DNA of 64,000 nt, from assembly GCA_002305675.1 (NCBI GenBank), contig DBQA01000003.1, positions 3,278-67,277 on the forward strand. The letters run 5' to 3'. This DNA comes from Patescibacteria group bacterium UBA1406 (lineage in GTDB: Bacteria > Patescibacteriota > Microgenomatia > UBA1406). Shown here in pieces: positions 25,453 to 33,662 of the stretch. How positions within the stretch are numbered: position 1 is the stretch's first letter; every line of letters starts with the position of its first letter. The position numbers were made by a program, and so were the translations under genes. The notes beneath the pieces were generated by a model that saw only the letters and a program-made list of their open reading frames with translations, searched no databases and was not told the origin of the DNA.

Positions 25453-26064
25453 CTACCCAGTCTCTGCCTGCCTTTCGGCCTCTTCCCTTCGCGCCTTCCG
25501 AATCGGGTTCATCAGCGCCAGGGCATAGTCGATGTCATCCTCCTGCAGGCCGTAGTCAGTCGGATGGAGAGAAATATCCTTGACATCATCATAAAAACCC
25601 AAGGAGAATCTGAGAATTTTTCCCGAATCAAATACGCCGTGCAAAGACAGCTCCTGACGGAAGGCGCCTTGCCTGACCAGCATCTCCTTAAGTTGTCTGA
25701 CGCATCTTTTGGGCAAAAGGGCGGCGTGTGAATTCAGGACCATTTTGCAGGCATCATAAACGCGGGTATAGTTGGATCTTAGCTTCTCATAATCGTCCTC
25801 TTTTAGTACAGGAGCATACTCGATGATTTGCCTGATGCCCATTAGAGGGCCAACGAGGTCGCCGCCAAGCTCGCCGACAATGATGCCCCTGACGGCTTTG
25901 GCGGTATCAATTCCCGCCAATCCCTGCAAGGTAGCCACGTCATTATTTAACCATTGCACCCATTGTCTGGCTGGATCAGGAGGTGTTTGGGGGGAAGGTT
26001 CGGTTAGGGCTTCGGTGCGGTTCAACACAGCTAATATTATAACTAATACCGCCTTAGATAGCAA
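25453..26064 (-). CDS. hypothetical secreted protein
   Basis: 203-aa ORF with a TTG start and a short N-terminal hydrophobic segment, downstream of the DUF2795-like gene. Confidence 0.4.
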   Translation of the reverse strand: MLSKAVLVIILAVLNRTEALTEPSPQTPPDPARQWVQWLNNDVATLQGLAGIDTAKAVRGIIVGELGGDLVGPLMGIRQIIEYAPVLKEDDYEKLRSNYTRVYDACKMVLNSHAALLPKRCVRQLKEMLVRQGAFRQELSLHGVFDSGKILRFSLGFYDDVKDISLHPTDYGLQEDDIDYALALMNPIRKARREEAERQAETG

Positions 26065-26096
26065 AACCCACTCAGCATTCCCGCAGTTATTTTCAA

Positions 26097-26330
26097 TTAC
26101 ATTACCAGCATTTGTTTAAATTCTTCTTTACTGTAGGTTTTGTCCCCATCGGGGAGAGTCTGCCGGATATCGGCCAAGACTTTTTTATCTACGTCCGTTC
26201 CTGCACATGCTTCCAGAATCTGTTCTTTGGTAGCCGGCCAAGCTATATGCTCATCCATGTGTTCCTGGTGGTCATTCCACTGCTTTAAGGTTATTTTGAT
26301 CATCGCCTTTCTTCCCAATATCTTGTCCAT
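26097..26330 (-). CDS. DUF2795-like small protein
   Basis: WPATKEQILEACAGTDVDKKVLADIRQTLPDGDKTYSKEEF matches the DUF2795 pattern. Confidence 0.6.
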   Translation of the reverse strand: MDKILGRKAMIKITLKQWNDHQEHMDEHIAWPATKEQILEACAGTDVDKKVLADIRQTLPDGDKTYSKEEFKQMLVM

Positions 26331-26461
26331 TTTCTATAAAAGAATAGACAGATGCCTGTAAGATATGGGTAAATCTCTTTTCCCTCTTGACGGGTAATGG
26401 TAAAATGGCCCACCCCCTGAACGTTGGGGAACAAAGACCAAGAACCTTAACAGGAGGCGTT

Positions 26462-27202
26462 ATGTCAAACTTACTGATGGTAAGCGCTATCACGTTGTTC
26501 GCAGGCTTTATCCAGAACGACCCTGATCCGGCCTGCCTGGAGGAGAAGAACTTCCCCTTCTGCGACGATAAGAACCCCCTGAACGGATACTGGGCCATCG
26601 ATGATACGTGGGTGCCCGGCTACCCGTCTCTGCAAAGCTGGTTCCTGCCCGCGCCCGTCTGGGCCAGGGGGAATGCCGTGTTCTACAACCAGGGAGCCAT
26701 GCGCGCGACGGCCGAGTTCCGAGGACTGAGCCTGAAGGGCTACCTCGACGGAGTGGCCCTGATGTCCCCGGCGGACATCGGGTTGACCGTCTGGCTGAGA
26801 CGGCCCGGATACGCATGGGAAGGTCCCTTCAAGGTGGTGGATTCCGCCGCCAGGGGGGATATCTACCCCATCATCAAAAGCCGCCGTGAGATCGTCGAGG
26901 TCGGCTGGGAAACAGCCGTCCGCTGGGGGATGGTGAGCCCGACAGGGCAAGTTTACCATTGGAGGATCGAGGACGTGGAGGTCTCGAAGGTCCCTCCGGT
27001 CTGTCTGGACAGCGAGGAGCTTATCGACTATCCCGAGTGGTGGTTGAGGCAATTCAAGCCTGCCGAAAATTACCGGAACTGGGGAACGCCTGTCTACCGG
27101 TCTCCCAGTACCTGGAGGCTAGGCGGGAAATGGGTGACCTTCACCTCCCTCCAAACCGACTGTACCAGGGAGATCCGGCCCGAGATTCCCGGTCGGCGTT
27201 GA
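26462..27202 (+). CDS. hypothetical secreted protein (possible RlpA/3D-like double-psi beta-barrel)
   Basis: ATG 26462 preceded by AGGAGG. Signal/anchor LLMVSAITLFAGF. GVALMSPADIGLTVWLRRPGYAWEGPFKVVDSAARGD is only loosely DPBB-like. Confidence 0.4.
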   Translation: MSNLLMVSAITLFAGFIQNDPDPACLEEKNFPFCDDKNPLNGYWAIDDTWVPGYPSLQSWFLPAPVWARGNAVFYNQGAMRATAEFRGLSLKGYLDGVALMSPADIGLTVWLRRPGYAWEGPFKVVDSAARGDIYPIIKSRREIVEVGWETAVRWGMVSPTGQVYHWRIEDVEVSKVPPVCLDSEELIDYPEWWLRQFKPAENYRNWGTPVYRSPSTWRLGGKWVTFTSLQTDCTREIRPEIPGRR

Positions 27203-27208
27203 AAACGT

Positions 27209-27235
27209 CCCCCCGCCCAAAAAGCGGGGGGTTTT
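27209..27235 (+). terminator. rho-independent terminator
   Basis: CCCCCCGC-ccaaaaa-GCGGGGGG followed by TTTT, 7 nt after the stop at 27202. Confidence 0.85.
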
Positions 27236-27309
27236 CCTTTGATTTCATATTTCGCCCCCGATAATATATAATAAGATTTACCTAAATCTCAGGCTCTAAA
27301 AGCGGAAAT

Positions 27310-27380
27310 AGGGGCGTAGTTAAATGGCATAATAGAGGTCTCCAAAACCTTTGTTGGGGGTTCGATTCCCTCCGCCCCTG
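27310..27380 (+). tRNA. tRNA-Trp(CCA), 3' CCA not encoded
   Basis: Acceptor AGGGGCG/CGCCCCT, anticodon stem GAGGT/ACCTT with loop CTCCAAA, T arm GGGGG-TTCGATT-CCCTC, discriminator G at 27380. TATAAT at 27267-27272 lies upstream. Confidence 0.85.
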
Positions 27381-27385
27381 CATAC

Positions 27386-28540
27386 ATGGCCAGGGTTAAG
27401 ATATCCGAATTCCAAGCCAAGGAACTCCTGAAGCAGGAGCTTGGCCTCGATTGGCAGGCCGTTTCCGTCAATTCCGACATCAAGGCCGAGACCATCGCCG
27501 AAGCCTTCGGCGCACGCAAACTGGTGGCCAAGGTGGACCAGGGAGTGAAGCAGAGGGGAAGGAAGGGCCTTCTGGCCATATCGGATGATCCCGCCATCAT
27601 AGTGAAGTTCATCCGGGATAAAGGCCGGGAGGGTTACCGGCAGTTTATCATTGAGCCGTTCATAGAGCATCTGCCCGACGAAGAGCAGTACCTGTCGCTG
27701 GAGCGTGTCCGGGAGGGTATAAAGGTCCTGTATGCCGAACGGGGTGGGGTAGATGTGGAAGACAACTGGGATCTGGTCGGGTCACATATCAGCCGGTCCG
27801 AGGTCAGGGAGTTCACGGACAGACTGATGACGGTATTTGATAAGTACCACTTGTCGTTCCTGGAGATAAATCCTTTGGTAACAAATAAAAGCGGTTTGCA
27901 TATCCTGGATCTGGCCGTGGAGATGGATGACGCGGCCCTGAATTTGCCGGAAGTCAGCGCTAAAGGTCTGGTACCTGTCACCGAAAGGGACGTTCACCCC
28001 GCCGAAAAGGCCGTTCGGGAACTGGACGGGAATACCCCGGCCTCCCTGAAGTTTAGAGTCATGGATCCCGACGGTTCGATCTGGATGTTATTGTCAGGGG
28101 GCGGAGCCAGCCTGGTACTGGCGGACGAGATCGCAGATCTGGGGCGGGGGAGGGATCTTGGTAACTATGGGGAATACAGCGGCAACCCGACGACAGAAGA
28201 CACCTATCTCTATACCAGGACCGTTCTCCAGACCATGTTGCGATCAAAAGCAAGGAAAAAGCTTCTCATTATTGCCGGGGGAGTCGCTAACTTTACCGAC
28301 GTTAAAAAAACGTTTGCCGGCGTAATTAAGGCTTTGGACGAATTCAAAACGGACCTGAAAAAACAGCGGATCAAAGTTTTTGTCAGGCGGGGGGGGCCCA
28401 ATCAGGAGCAAGGCTTGAAACTGATGGCCTCTTTTCTACGAACTGCCGGCCTGTATGGTGCGGTGATGGGTCCTGATAGAGAATTAACGGACGTGGTAAA
28501 AGTTGCTCTTAAAGGGCTGAAGGATAACCCTGATGCTTGA
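27386..28540 (+). CDS. ATP-citrate lyase small subunit-like (AclB/CcsA-type ATP-grasp + citrate-binding module)
   Basis: ISEFQAKELL, VAKVDQGVKQRGRKGL, FIIEPFIEH, FLEINPLV, LLSGGGASLV, GNYGEYSGNP, IIAGGVANFTDV, VFVRRGGPNQEQGL. By eye this is collinear with the N-terminal ~420 aa of eukaryotic ACLY and unlike SucC at the diagnostic strings. Confidence 0.8.
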   Translation: MARVKISEFQAKELLKQELGLDWQAVSVNSDIKAETIAEAFGARKLVAKVDQGVKQRGRKGLLAISDDPAIIVKFIRDKGREGYRQFIIEPFIEHLPDEEQYLSLERVREGIKVLYAERGGVDVEDNWDLVGSHISRSEVREFTDRLMTVFDKYHLSFLEINPLVTNKSGLHILDLAVEMDDAALNLPEVSAKGLVPVTERDVHPAEKAVRELDGNTPASLKFRVMDPDGSIWMLLSGGGASLVLADEIADLGRGRDLGNYGEYSGNPTTEDTYLYTRTVLQTMLRSKARKKLLIIAGGVANFTDVKKTFAGVIKALDEFKTDLKKQRIKVFVRRGGPNQEQGLKLMASFLRTAGLYGAVMGPDRELTDVVKVALKGLKDNPDA

Positions 28541-29474
28541 TATAAATAAGATCAGACAAGAGCGATCCAACAACATTCTTATTTTGGGAAACCATCCCCA
28601 GATAATCCAGTCCATACTGGACTTTGACTACCTTTCAGGCAAAGATGAGCCTTCGATCAAGGCCATCGTCGGCAATTCCCGGGGCTATGCCAAATACTTC
28701 TGGGGAAGACAGGAGCGCCTGTTCCCGGTCTATGCGGACATTCCGGAGGTGCCTCAGAAAGAGAGGGTGGGCTATTTTCTCAACCTGTTCTCGGGCAGAA
28801 GGGCCCTTTCATCGGGGCAATCGGTCCTGTCCGCCTTTCCAGGATTGTCCGTCGGAGTCTTCTTTGCCGAGAACGTTCCGGAAAGGCATGCCCTGTCACT
28901 TTACCGGCTGGCCGGGAAAAAGGACCTGACCCTGATCGGCCCGGCGAGCGTGGGCTTGGTCGTTCCGGGCGTCCTGAAGCTCGGACCTATTGGTGGCATT
29001 ACCCCCGAACAGATCGATGAGGCAGGGTTGACGCGGACGGGAAGGGTCGCCTGTCTGTCCGCCTCGGGCGGCATGACCAACGAGCTTATCAATGCCGTCG
29101 CCAGGCACGGTAAAGGCCTGTCGTTCAGCCTGTCCTTTGGCGGGGACAGGTTTCCCCTCCTGACCGTGGCGGACGCATTCCTGACGGCACAGAACGACCC
29201 GCAAACCGAGGAGATAGTCTACTATGGGGAACTCGGAGGGGAGGACGAATACGACCTCATAAGACTGAGGGAAGAAAAACAACTGACAAAGCCCGTCTAT
29301 GCCCATATAGCCGGAACGGTGGCCGATTTGTTTCCCGAAAGTCCGCAGTTTGGCCACGCCAAGGCCAAGGCCTCCAGGGAAAGGGAAAAGGCGTCCGTGA
29401 AGAGGCGCTCGCTGGCCGGGGCTGGTCTTAAGGTCAGCGGCAATTTCGCCGATCTGTTAAAATTTCTTAAATAA
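28533..29474 (+). CDS. ATP-citrate lyase CoA-ligase module (succinyl-CoA-synthetase-alpha-like, phosphohistidine loop); N-terminal half of AclA / CcsB-like
   Basis: ILDFDYLSGKDEPSIKAIV, KYFWG, LIGPASVGLVVPG, LSASGGMTNELINAV, PQFGHAKA. 8-nt overlap with the upstream ORF. Confidence 0.8.
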   Translation: MLDINKIRQERSNNILILGNHPQIIQSILDFDYLSGKDEPSIKAIVGNSRGYAKYFWGRQERLFPVYADIPEVPQKERVGYFLNLFSGRRALSSGQSVLSAFPGLSVGVFFAENVPERHALSLYRLAGKKDLTLIGPASVGLVVPGVLKLGPIGGITPEQIDEAGLTRTGRVACLSASGGMTNELINAVARHGKGLSFSLSFGGDRFPLLTVADAFLTAQNDPQTEEIVYYGELGGEDEYDLIRLREEKQLTKPVYAHIAGTVADLFPESPQFGHAKAKASREREKASVKRRSLAGAGLKVSGNFADLLKFLK

Positions 29475-29478
29475 ACCT

Positions 29479-30288
29479 ATGTCCAAACCGACAGACCTGA
29501 AAAACAGAAAATCCACTCTTTTTACGAGTACCATCTCCGGAGACAAAAACGGTGAAACATATACTCTGGGGGAAAGCCTAACAGGTTTTACAAAAAAACA
29601 CACGTTTGCCTATATTACCGGTTCTCTATTGATAGGCAGGAAGCTGAGGTCAGAAAAGACGGAGGAGTTCATCAATACCGTCCTTAAGCTCTTGGTGGAC
29701 CACGGCCCGTATGTCTCCGGCAGCGTCAACACCATGGTCGCCGCCCGGGCGGGCAAAGACATGGTCTCCTCGCTTGCGAGCGGGCTTCTGACCGTGGGCA
29801 ACCGTTTCGGCGGGGCCATCAACGCGGCGGCGGAGGTGTGGTTCCGGAATGTCGAGGCCGGGAAAGCTGCCCAAACGCTGGTCGAGGAATTTGCCGGCCG
29901 GAAACAGTATATCCCGGGCATCGGCCACCGCAAATACCGGGTAGACCAGAAGGATCCGCGGGTCACCGCCCTCCAGGGACAGGGGCTGGGCTTGGCAAAG
30001 CATGCTTATCTTGACTATGCCATGGCAGTGGAAAAGATCACCACGGCCAAGAAAGCCAACCTCATCCTGAATGTCGATGGGACCATCGCGGCGGTCATGC
30101 TGGACCTTTTGGAAACTGAAGAGAATATGTCCCCGAAAGAGATAGAGGACCTTATCAGGGCTGAATTCTTCAACTCTTTGTTTGTAATTTCACGTACGGT
30201 TGGTTTTATTGCCCATTACCTTGACCAGAAGCGCTTGAACGAACCCCTCTTCCGATTAAATGAGGAGGATGTTCTGACTGTTGAATAA
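29479..30288 (+). CDS. citryl-CoA lyase module (citrate-synthase-homology domain); C-terminal half of AclA / Ccl-like
   Basis: LLVDHGPYVSGSVNT, ARAGKDMVSSLASGLLTVGNRFGGA, IPGIGHRKY, KKANLILNVDG, VGFIAHYLDQKRL. Confidence 0.8.
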   Translation: MSKPTDLKNRKSTLFTSTISGDKNGETYTLGESLTGFTKKHTFAYITGSLLIGRKLRSEKTEEFINTVLKLLVDHGPYVSGSVNTMVAARAGKDMVSSLASGLLTVGNRFGGAINAAAEVWFRNVEAGKAAQTLVEEFAGRKQYIPGIGHRKYRVDQKDPRVTALQGQGLGLAKHAYLDYAMAVEKITTAKKANLILNVDGTIAAVMLDLLETEENMSPKEIEDLIRAEFFNSLFVISRTVGFIAHYLDQKRLNEPLFRLNEEDVLTVE

Positions 30289-30292
30289 ACCC

Positions 30293-30817
30293 ATGAAACT
30301 GATAGTCGGCCTTGGCAATACCGGCGGCGAATACATGAAGCACCGGCACAACGTCGGATTCATGTTCGTGGATTATTTTATTGATATATCAGAGCCTGTC
30401 CGTCCCACTTTCCGAAAGTTCAAAAGCGATATCGCAGAGGTTAGGCACACGGGTGAGAAGATCTGGCTGGCCAAGCCTCTGACATTCATGAACAGGTCGG
30501 GGGAGGCTGTCCGGCAGATAATCAGGAATACACCAATGACTACGAACGACCTGATCGTTGTCCATGACGACCTGGACCTAAGCCTGGGGAGTTTCAAGAT
30601 CCAGAAGGGCAAAGGCCCCAAGGTCCATAATGGCATTATCAGTCTGGAGAAGGAGCTCGGGAAGGAGGATTTTGTCCGGGTCAGGGTTGGAGTGGACAAC
30701 CGGCCGGCGGATAACCGGGCAAGCGGGGAAAAGTATGTCCTGTCCGATTTTTTGCCGGAGGAGGAAATGCAGGTTAAGGCGGTCTTTCCTGATATAGTCA
30801 TAAAACTGTTTGCATAA
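30293..30817 (+). CDS. pth: peptidyl-tRNA hydrolase
   Basis: MKLIVGLGNTGGEYMKHRHNVGFMFVD, PLTFMNRSGEAV, VVHDDLDL. Confidence 0.9.
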   Translation: MKLIVGLGNTGGEYMKHRHNVGFMFVDYFIDISEPVRPTFRKFKSDIAEVRHTGEKIWLAKPLTFMNRSGEAVRQIIRNTPMTTNDLIVVHDDLDLSLGSFKIQKGKGPKVHNGIISLEKELGKEDFVRVRVGVDNRPADNRASGEKYVLSDFLPEEEMQVKAVFPDIVIKLFA

Positions 30818-30819
30818 CT

Positions 30820-31656
30820 ATGCTCATCGGCGGCCACGTATCCATAGCGGGCGGGATAAGCAAAGCCGTGGAAAGGGCGGCCGAGAGGGGGTTCAACGTC
30901 ATCCAGATGTTCGCCAGCTCTCCCCGGTCCTATAAGGTCAACGCCTATCCTGATAAGGAGATAGACAGGTTCCGCACTCTTTATCGGGAGCACGGCATGA
31001 GAGGGCTTTTCTTCCACGCCATCTATCTTCTCAATCTGGCGAGCAGCAATCCGGACCTGGTGGGATTATCGGTCGATTCGCTCGTGGGCTACATGCAATT
31101 TGGGACGGTGCTCGGGGCAATCGGAACCATCTTTCATATCGGCAGTTCAAGGGAAAGGGATTTTGACGGCGTCAAGGACCAGGTGGTAGATAAGATGACC
31201 GAAATTTTGCAGAAAACGCCTGAGGATCAGTTCCTCATCATGGAGAACGCGGCCGGCAGCGGCCGGATAGTGGGCGATACTCTCGCCGAGCTTGTATACA
31301 TTTTCAAGCGCCTTAATTCGCCCCGTGTCAAGGTATGCCTGGACACCCAGCATTTATTTGCAACAGGCATTGACCTACGCCGGCAGGACGCTTGCCATGA
31401 TTGGCTCAAGGAATTTGATCAAAAAATCGGCCTTGATAACCTGGCTTGCGTACATACGAATGATTCCAAAGCTCCATTGGGCAGCAAAAAGGACAGACAC
31501 GAGAATATCGGTCAGGGAGAAATAGGTTCGACCGGCTTGAAGAACTTCCTCAGCCACCCGTTCATGAAAGACAAACCGCTTATTCTGGAAACGCCGGGTT
31601 TTGATGACCAGGGCCCTGATCGGAAGAATGCGGATATCTTAAGGCGACTTTTTTGA
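30820..31656 (+). CDS. nfo: endonuclease IV (AP endonuclease family 2)
   Basis: MLIGGHVSIAGG, FNVIQMFASSPRS, FHAIYLLNLAS, VCLDTQHLFATG, HTNDSK, DRHENIGQGEIG. Confidence 0.9.
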   Translation: MLIGGHVSIAGGISKAVERAAERGFNVIQMFASSPRSYKVNAYPDKEIDRFRTLYREHGMRGLFFHAIYLLNLASSNPDLVGLSVDSLVGYMQFGTVLGAIGTIFHIGSSRERDFDGVKDQVVDKMTEILQKTPEDQFLIMENAAGSGRIVGDTLAELVYIFKRLNSPRVKVCLDTQHLFATGIDLRRQDACHDWLKEFDQKIGLDNLACVHTNDSKAPLGSKKDRHENIGQGEIGSTGLKNFLSHPFMKDKPLILETPGFDDQGPDRKNADILRRLF

Positions 31657-31676
31657 ATATCTGATATCCTTTTTTT

Positions 31677-32504
31677 ATGGACATTTCCAAATTCACCCGT
31701 AAAGGGAAAATCCTGATGCTGGCCCTGGACCACCGGGGAAGCTTTGTAAAGCTTATAGATAAGGATCATCCTGAACGGGTTAAGCCGGAGGATGTCGTTA
31801 ACGTGAAGCGCCAGATTATAGAAGAGCTGAAAGACGACTTTTCCGGTATCCTCCTGGACCCGGAGAGTGGCTTGAGTGCCTATCATAAAAAAAAGCCGTA
31901 CCTCTTGTGTATGGAAAAAACCGGCTACCTTGATTCAAACGGCGAGCGGGTAACGGAACTTGAATACACGGCCGAAAGCTTGAGAACATTGGGTGCGGAC
32001 GGAATAAAGCTCCTGATATATTTCAATCCCCAGGCTGCCAGCGCCCGGAAGCAGTTGGAAACTGCCAGACAAGCTCTAGCAGATAGTCGGGCGGCTGGTT
32101 TGCCTTTATTTTTGGAGATCGTGACCTATGATCTGGAAAAAGCGAACAATCATAAACCGGAGCTCGTGGTGGATTCGCTGAACATGTTTCTGGAAGCAGG
32201 AATAATAGCGGACGTTTTTAAACTTGAATATCCCGGTGACCCGGCCTCCTGCTTCTATATTACCCGGCTCCTGAAGAAAACCCCCTGGATACTTTTGACC
32301 AAAGGCGAGAACTACGCCAAGTTTCGGGACGAGCTCAAGACAGCCGCTATGAACGGGGCAAGCGGCTTCCTGGCCGGCCGGGCTGTCTGGCAGGAGTTCG
32401 GTAAATACCCGGCGGACAAACGGCCGGACTTCTTCAGGAATGTTGCCCGGGAACGTTTCCGCGAAATATCGGCCACCGTACTGGAGGCGCAATTTCCGTC
32501 TTGA
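31677..32504 (+). CDS. LacD-family class I aldolase (tagatose-bisphosphate-aldolase-like / DUF2090-like)
   Basis: ILMLALDHRGS, DVFKLEYPGD, GASGFLAGRAVWQE. ATG lies 6 nt after TGaTATCCT. Confidence 0.65.
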   Translation: MDISKFTRKGKILMLALDHRGSFVKLIDKDHPERVKPEDVVNVKRQIIEELKDDFSGILLDPESGLSAYHKKKPYLLCMEKTGYLDSNGERVTELEYTAESLRTLGADGIKLLIYFNPQAASARKQLETARQALADSRAAGLPLFLEIVTYDLEKANNHKPELVVDSLNMFLEAGIIADVFKLEYPGDPASCFYITRLLKKTPWILLTKGENYAKFRDELKTAAMNGASGFLAGRAVWQEFGKYPADKRPDFFRNVARERFREISATVLEAQFPS

Positions 32505-32529
32505 CACACAGATAAAAATTAACTAGAGT
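32501..32529 (+). promoter_or_regulatory. sigma70-type promoter (TTGACA, 17-nt spacer, TAGAGT) placing +1 on ATG 32536
   Basis: TTGACA at 32501-32506, 17-nt spacer, TAGAGT at 32524-32529, 6 nt to the ATG. Confidence 0.6.
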
Positions 32530-32535
32530 GATATT

Positions 32536-33294
32536 ATGCTTGGTAATAAATCTGTCATGTTATCACTGGCGGTCCTGGCCCTGGCATTTGCTTCGGCCGT
32601 TTCGGCCCAGAATTACCAAAGACTGTCACAATATGAGGTGGCAGGGCCTTCCCCCACCGAAGCCACAGCAGAAGGGACCATGCCTTCTCCCACATTGTTC
32701 GCACCCCTAAGGCAGTCGGACCGCAAAAGGCTGCTGATGGAGGCAAAGGAGGAGTTCCAGAACAGGCTGGAGATTAAAGTACGGGAGAAGGAGGCCAACA
32801 TGGTCAAGACCAGGGAGGAGTTCCAAAACCAACTCTCGGAGTTCAAAAACAAGCAGAAGCAGATGGTCCTGGCCAGGATAGAAAAAAATCTCAACAGCCT
32901 CAATGAGCGCTTTGTTGAACACATGCAGGAAAGGATAGAGAGGCTGGAAGAGATCCTGAGCAAGCTGGAGGAGCGCCTGAACAAGATCAAGGAGGAGGGT
33001 GGGGAAACGACTGACGCCGAGGCCCTGCTGGAGGCGGTGAGGACAAGCATGGACAGCCTGAAGGCCGCAGTGGAGGAGCAGGCGGCTAAGGTCTATACTC
33101 CTGTCCTCATGGCCGAAGAGACAGTTGGGAGCGAAATGAAGGAGATCCACCGTACCATCGCCGCCGACTTCAAGGTGATCAGGGACATGGTGCTCACTGT
33201 CCGCCGGCAGATGCTTGATTTGTTAAAAGCCCTGAAAGAGACGACGAGGCCGACCGTTACCATTACCCCCGAAACAGACAATGAATCAAATTAA
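32536..33294 (+). CDS. secreted coiled-coil protein (hypothetical)
   Basis: Signal peptide LSLAVLALAFASAVSAQ, followed by long E/K/L-rich heptad-like sequence. Confidence 0.45.
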   Translation: MLGNKSVMLSLAVLALAFASAVSAQNYQRLSQYEVAGPSPTEATAEGTMPSPTLFAPLRQSDRKRLLMEAKEEFQNRLEIKVREKEANMVKTREEFQNQLSEFKNKQKQMVLARIEKNLNSLNERFVEHMQERIERLEEILSKLEERLNKIKEEGGETTDAEALLEAVRTSMDSLKAAVEEQAAKVYTPVLMAEETVGSEMKEIHRTIAADFKVIRDMVLTVRRQMLDLLKALKETTRPTVTITPETDNESN

Positions 33295-33661
33295 CTACAC
33301 GCCACTGGAGCAAAATATTGGGACGCCGAACGCCGAACCACAGGTCCAGATTCCCAAACTGGATCCTGTCAAAGGCGACGACGACCACCGGTCCACCATC
33401 ATCCTCTTCATGGTCTTCCTGCTGCTTCTCGGGGTGACAATAGCCTTTACATACGTCTTCTTCATCAAAAAGGAGGAGCCTGTCCTGGTAAATCAGCGCC
33501 CGGCGGCGGTCGCCGCTCCTACCTCAGCGCCGGCGGTGACCGAACCGACAGTTTCCGAAGACGATTCTCTGGCCACTCTAGAAGAAGAGGTCCAGGGGAC
33601 GACGGTCCAGGATTTCACCGGAGACCTGGGCGAGGTGGAGAAGGATATCAACAGCCTCTGA
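33281..33661 (+). CDS. hypothetical single-pass membrane protein
   Basis: TM IILFMVFLLLLGVTIAFTYVFFI and an acidic C-terminal tail. 14-nt overlap with the upstream gene. Confidence 0.4.
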   Translation: MNQINYTPLEQNIGTPNAEPQVQIPKLDPVKGDDDHRSTIILFMVFLLLLGVTIAFTYVFFIKKEEPVLVNQRPAAVAAPTSAPAVTEPTVSEDDSLATLEEEVQGTTVQDFTGDLGEVEKDINSL

Positions 33662-33662
33662 A

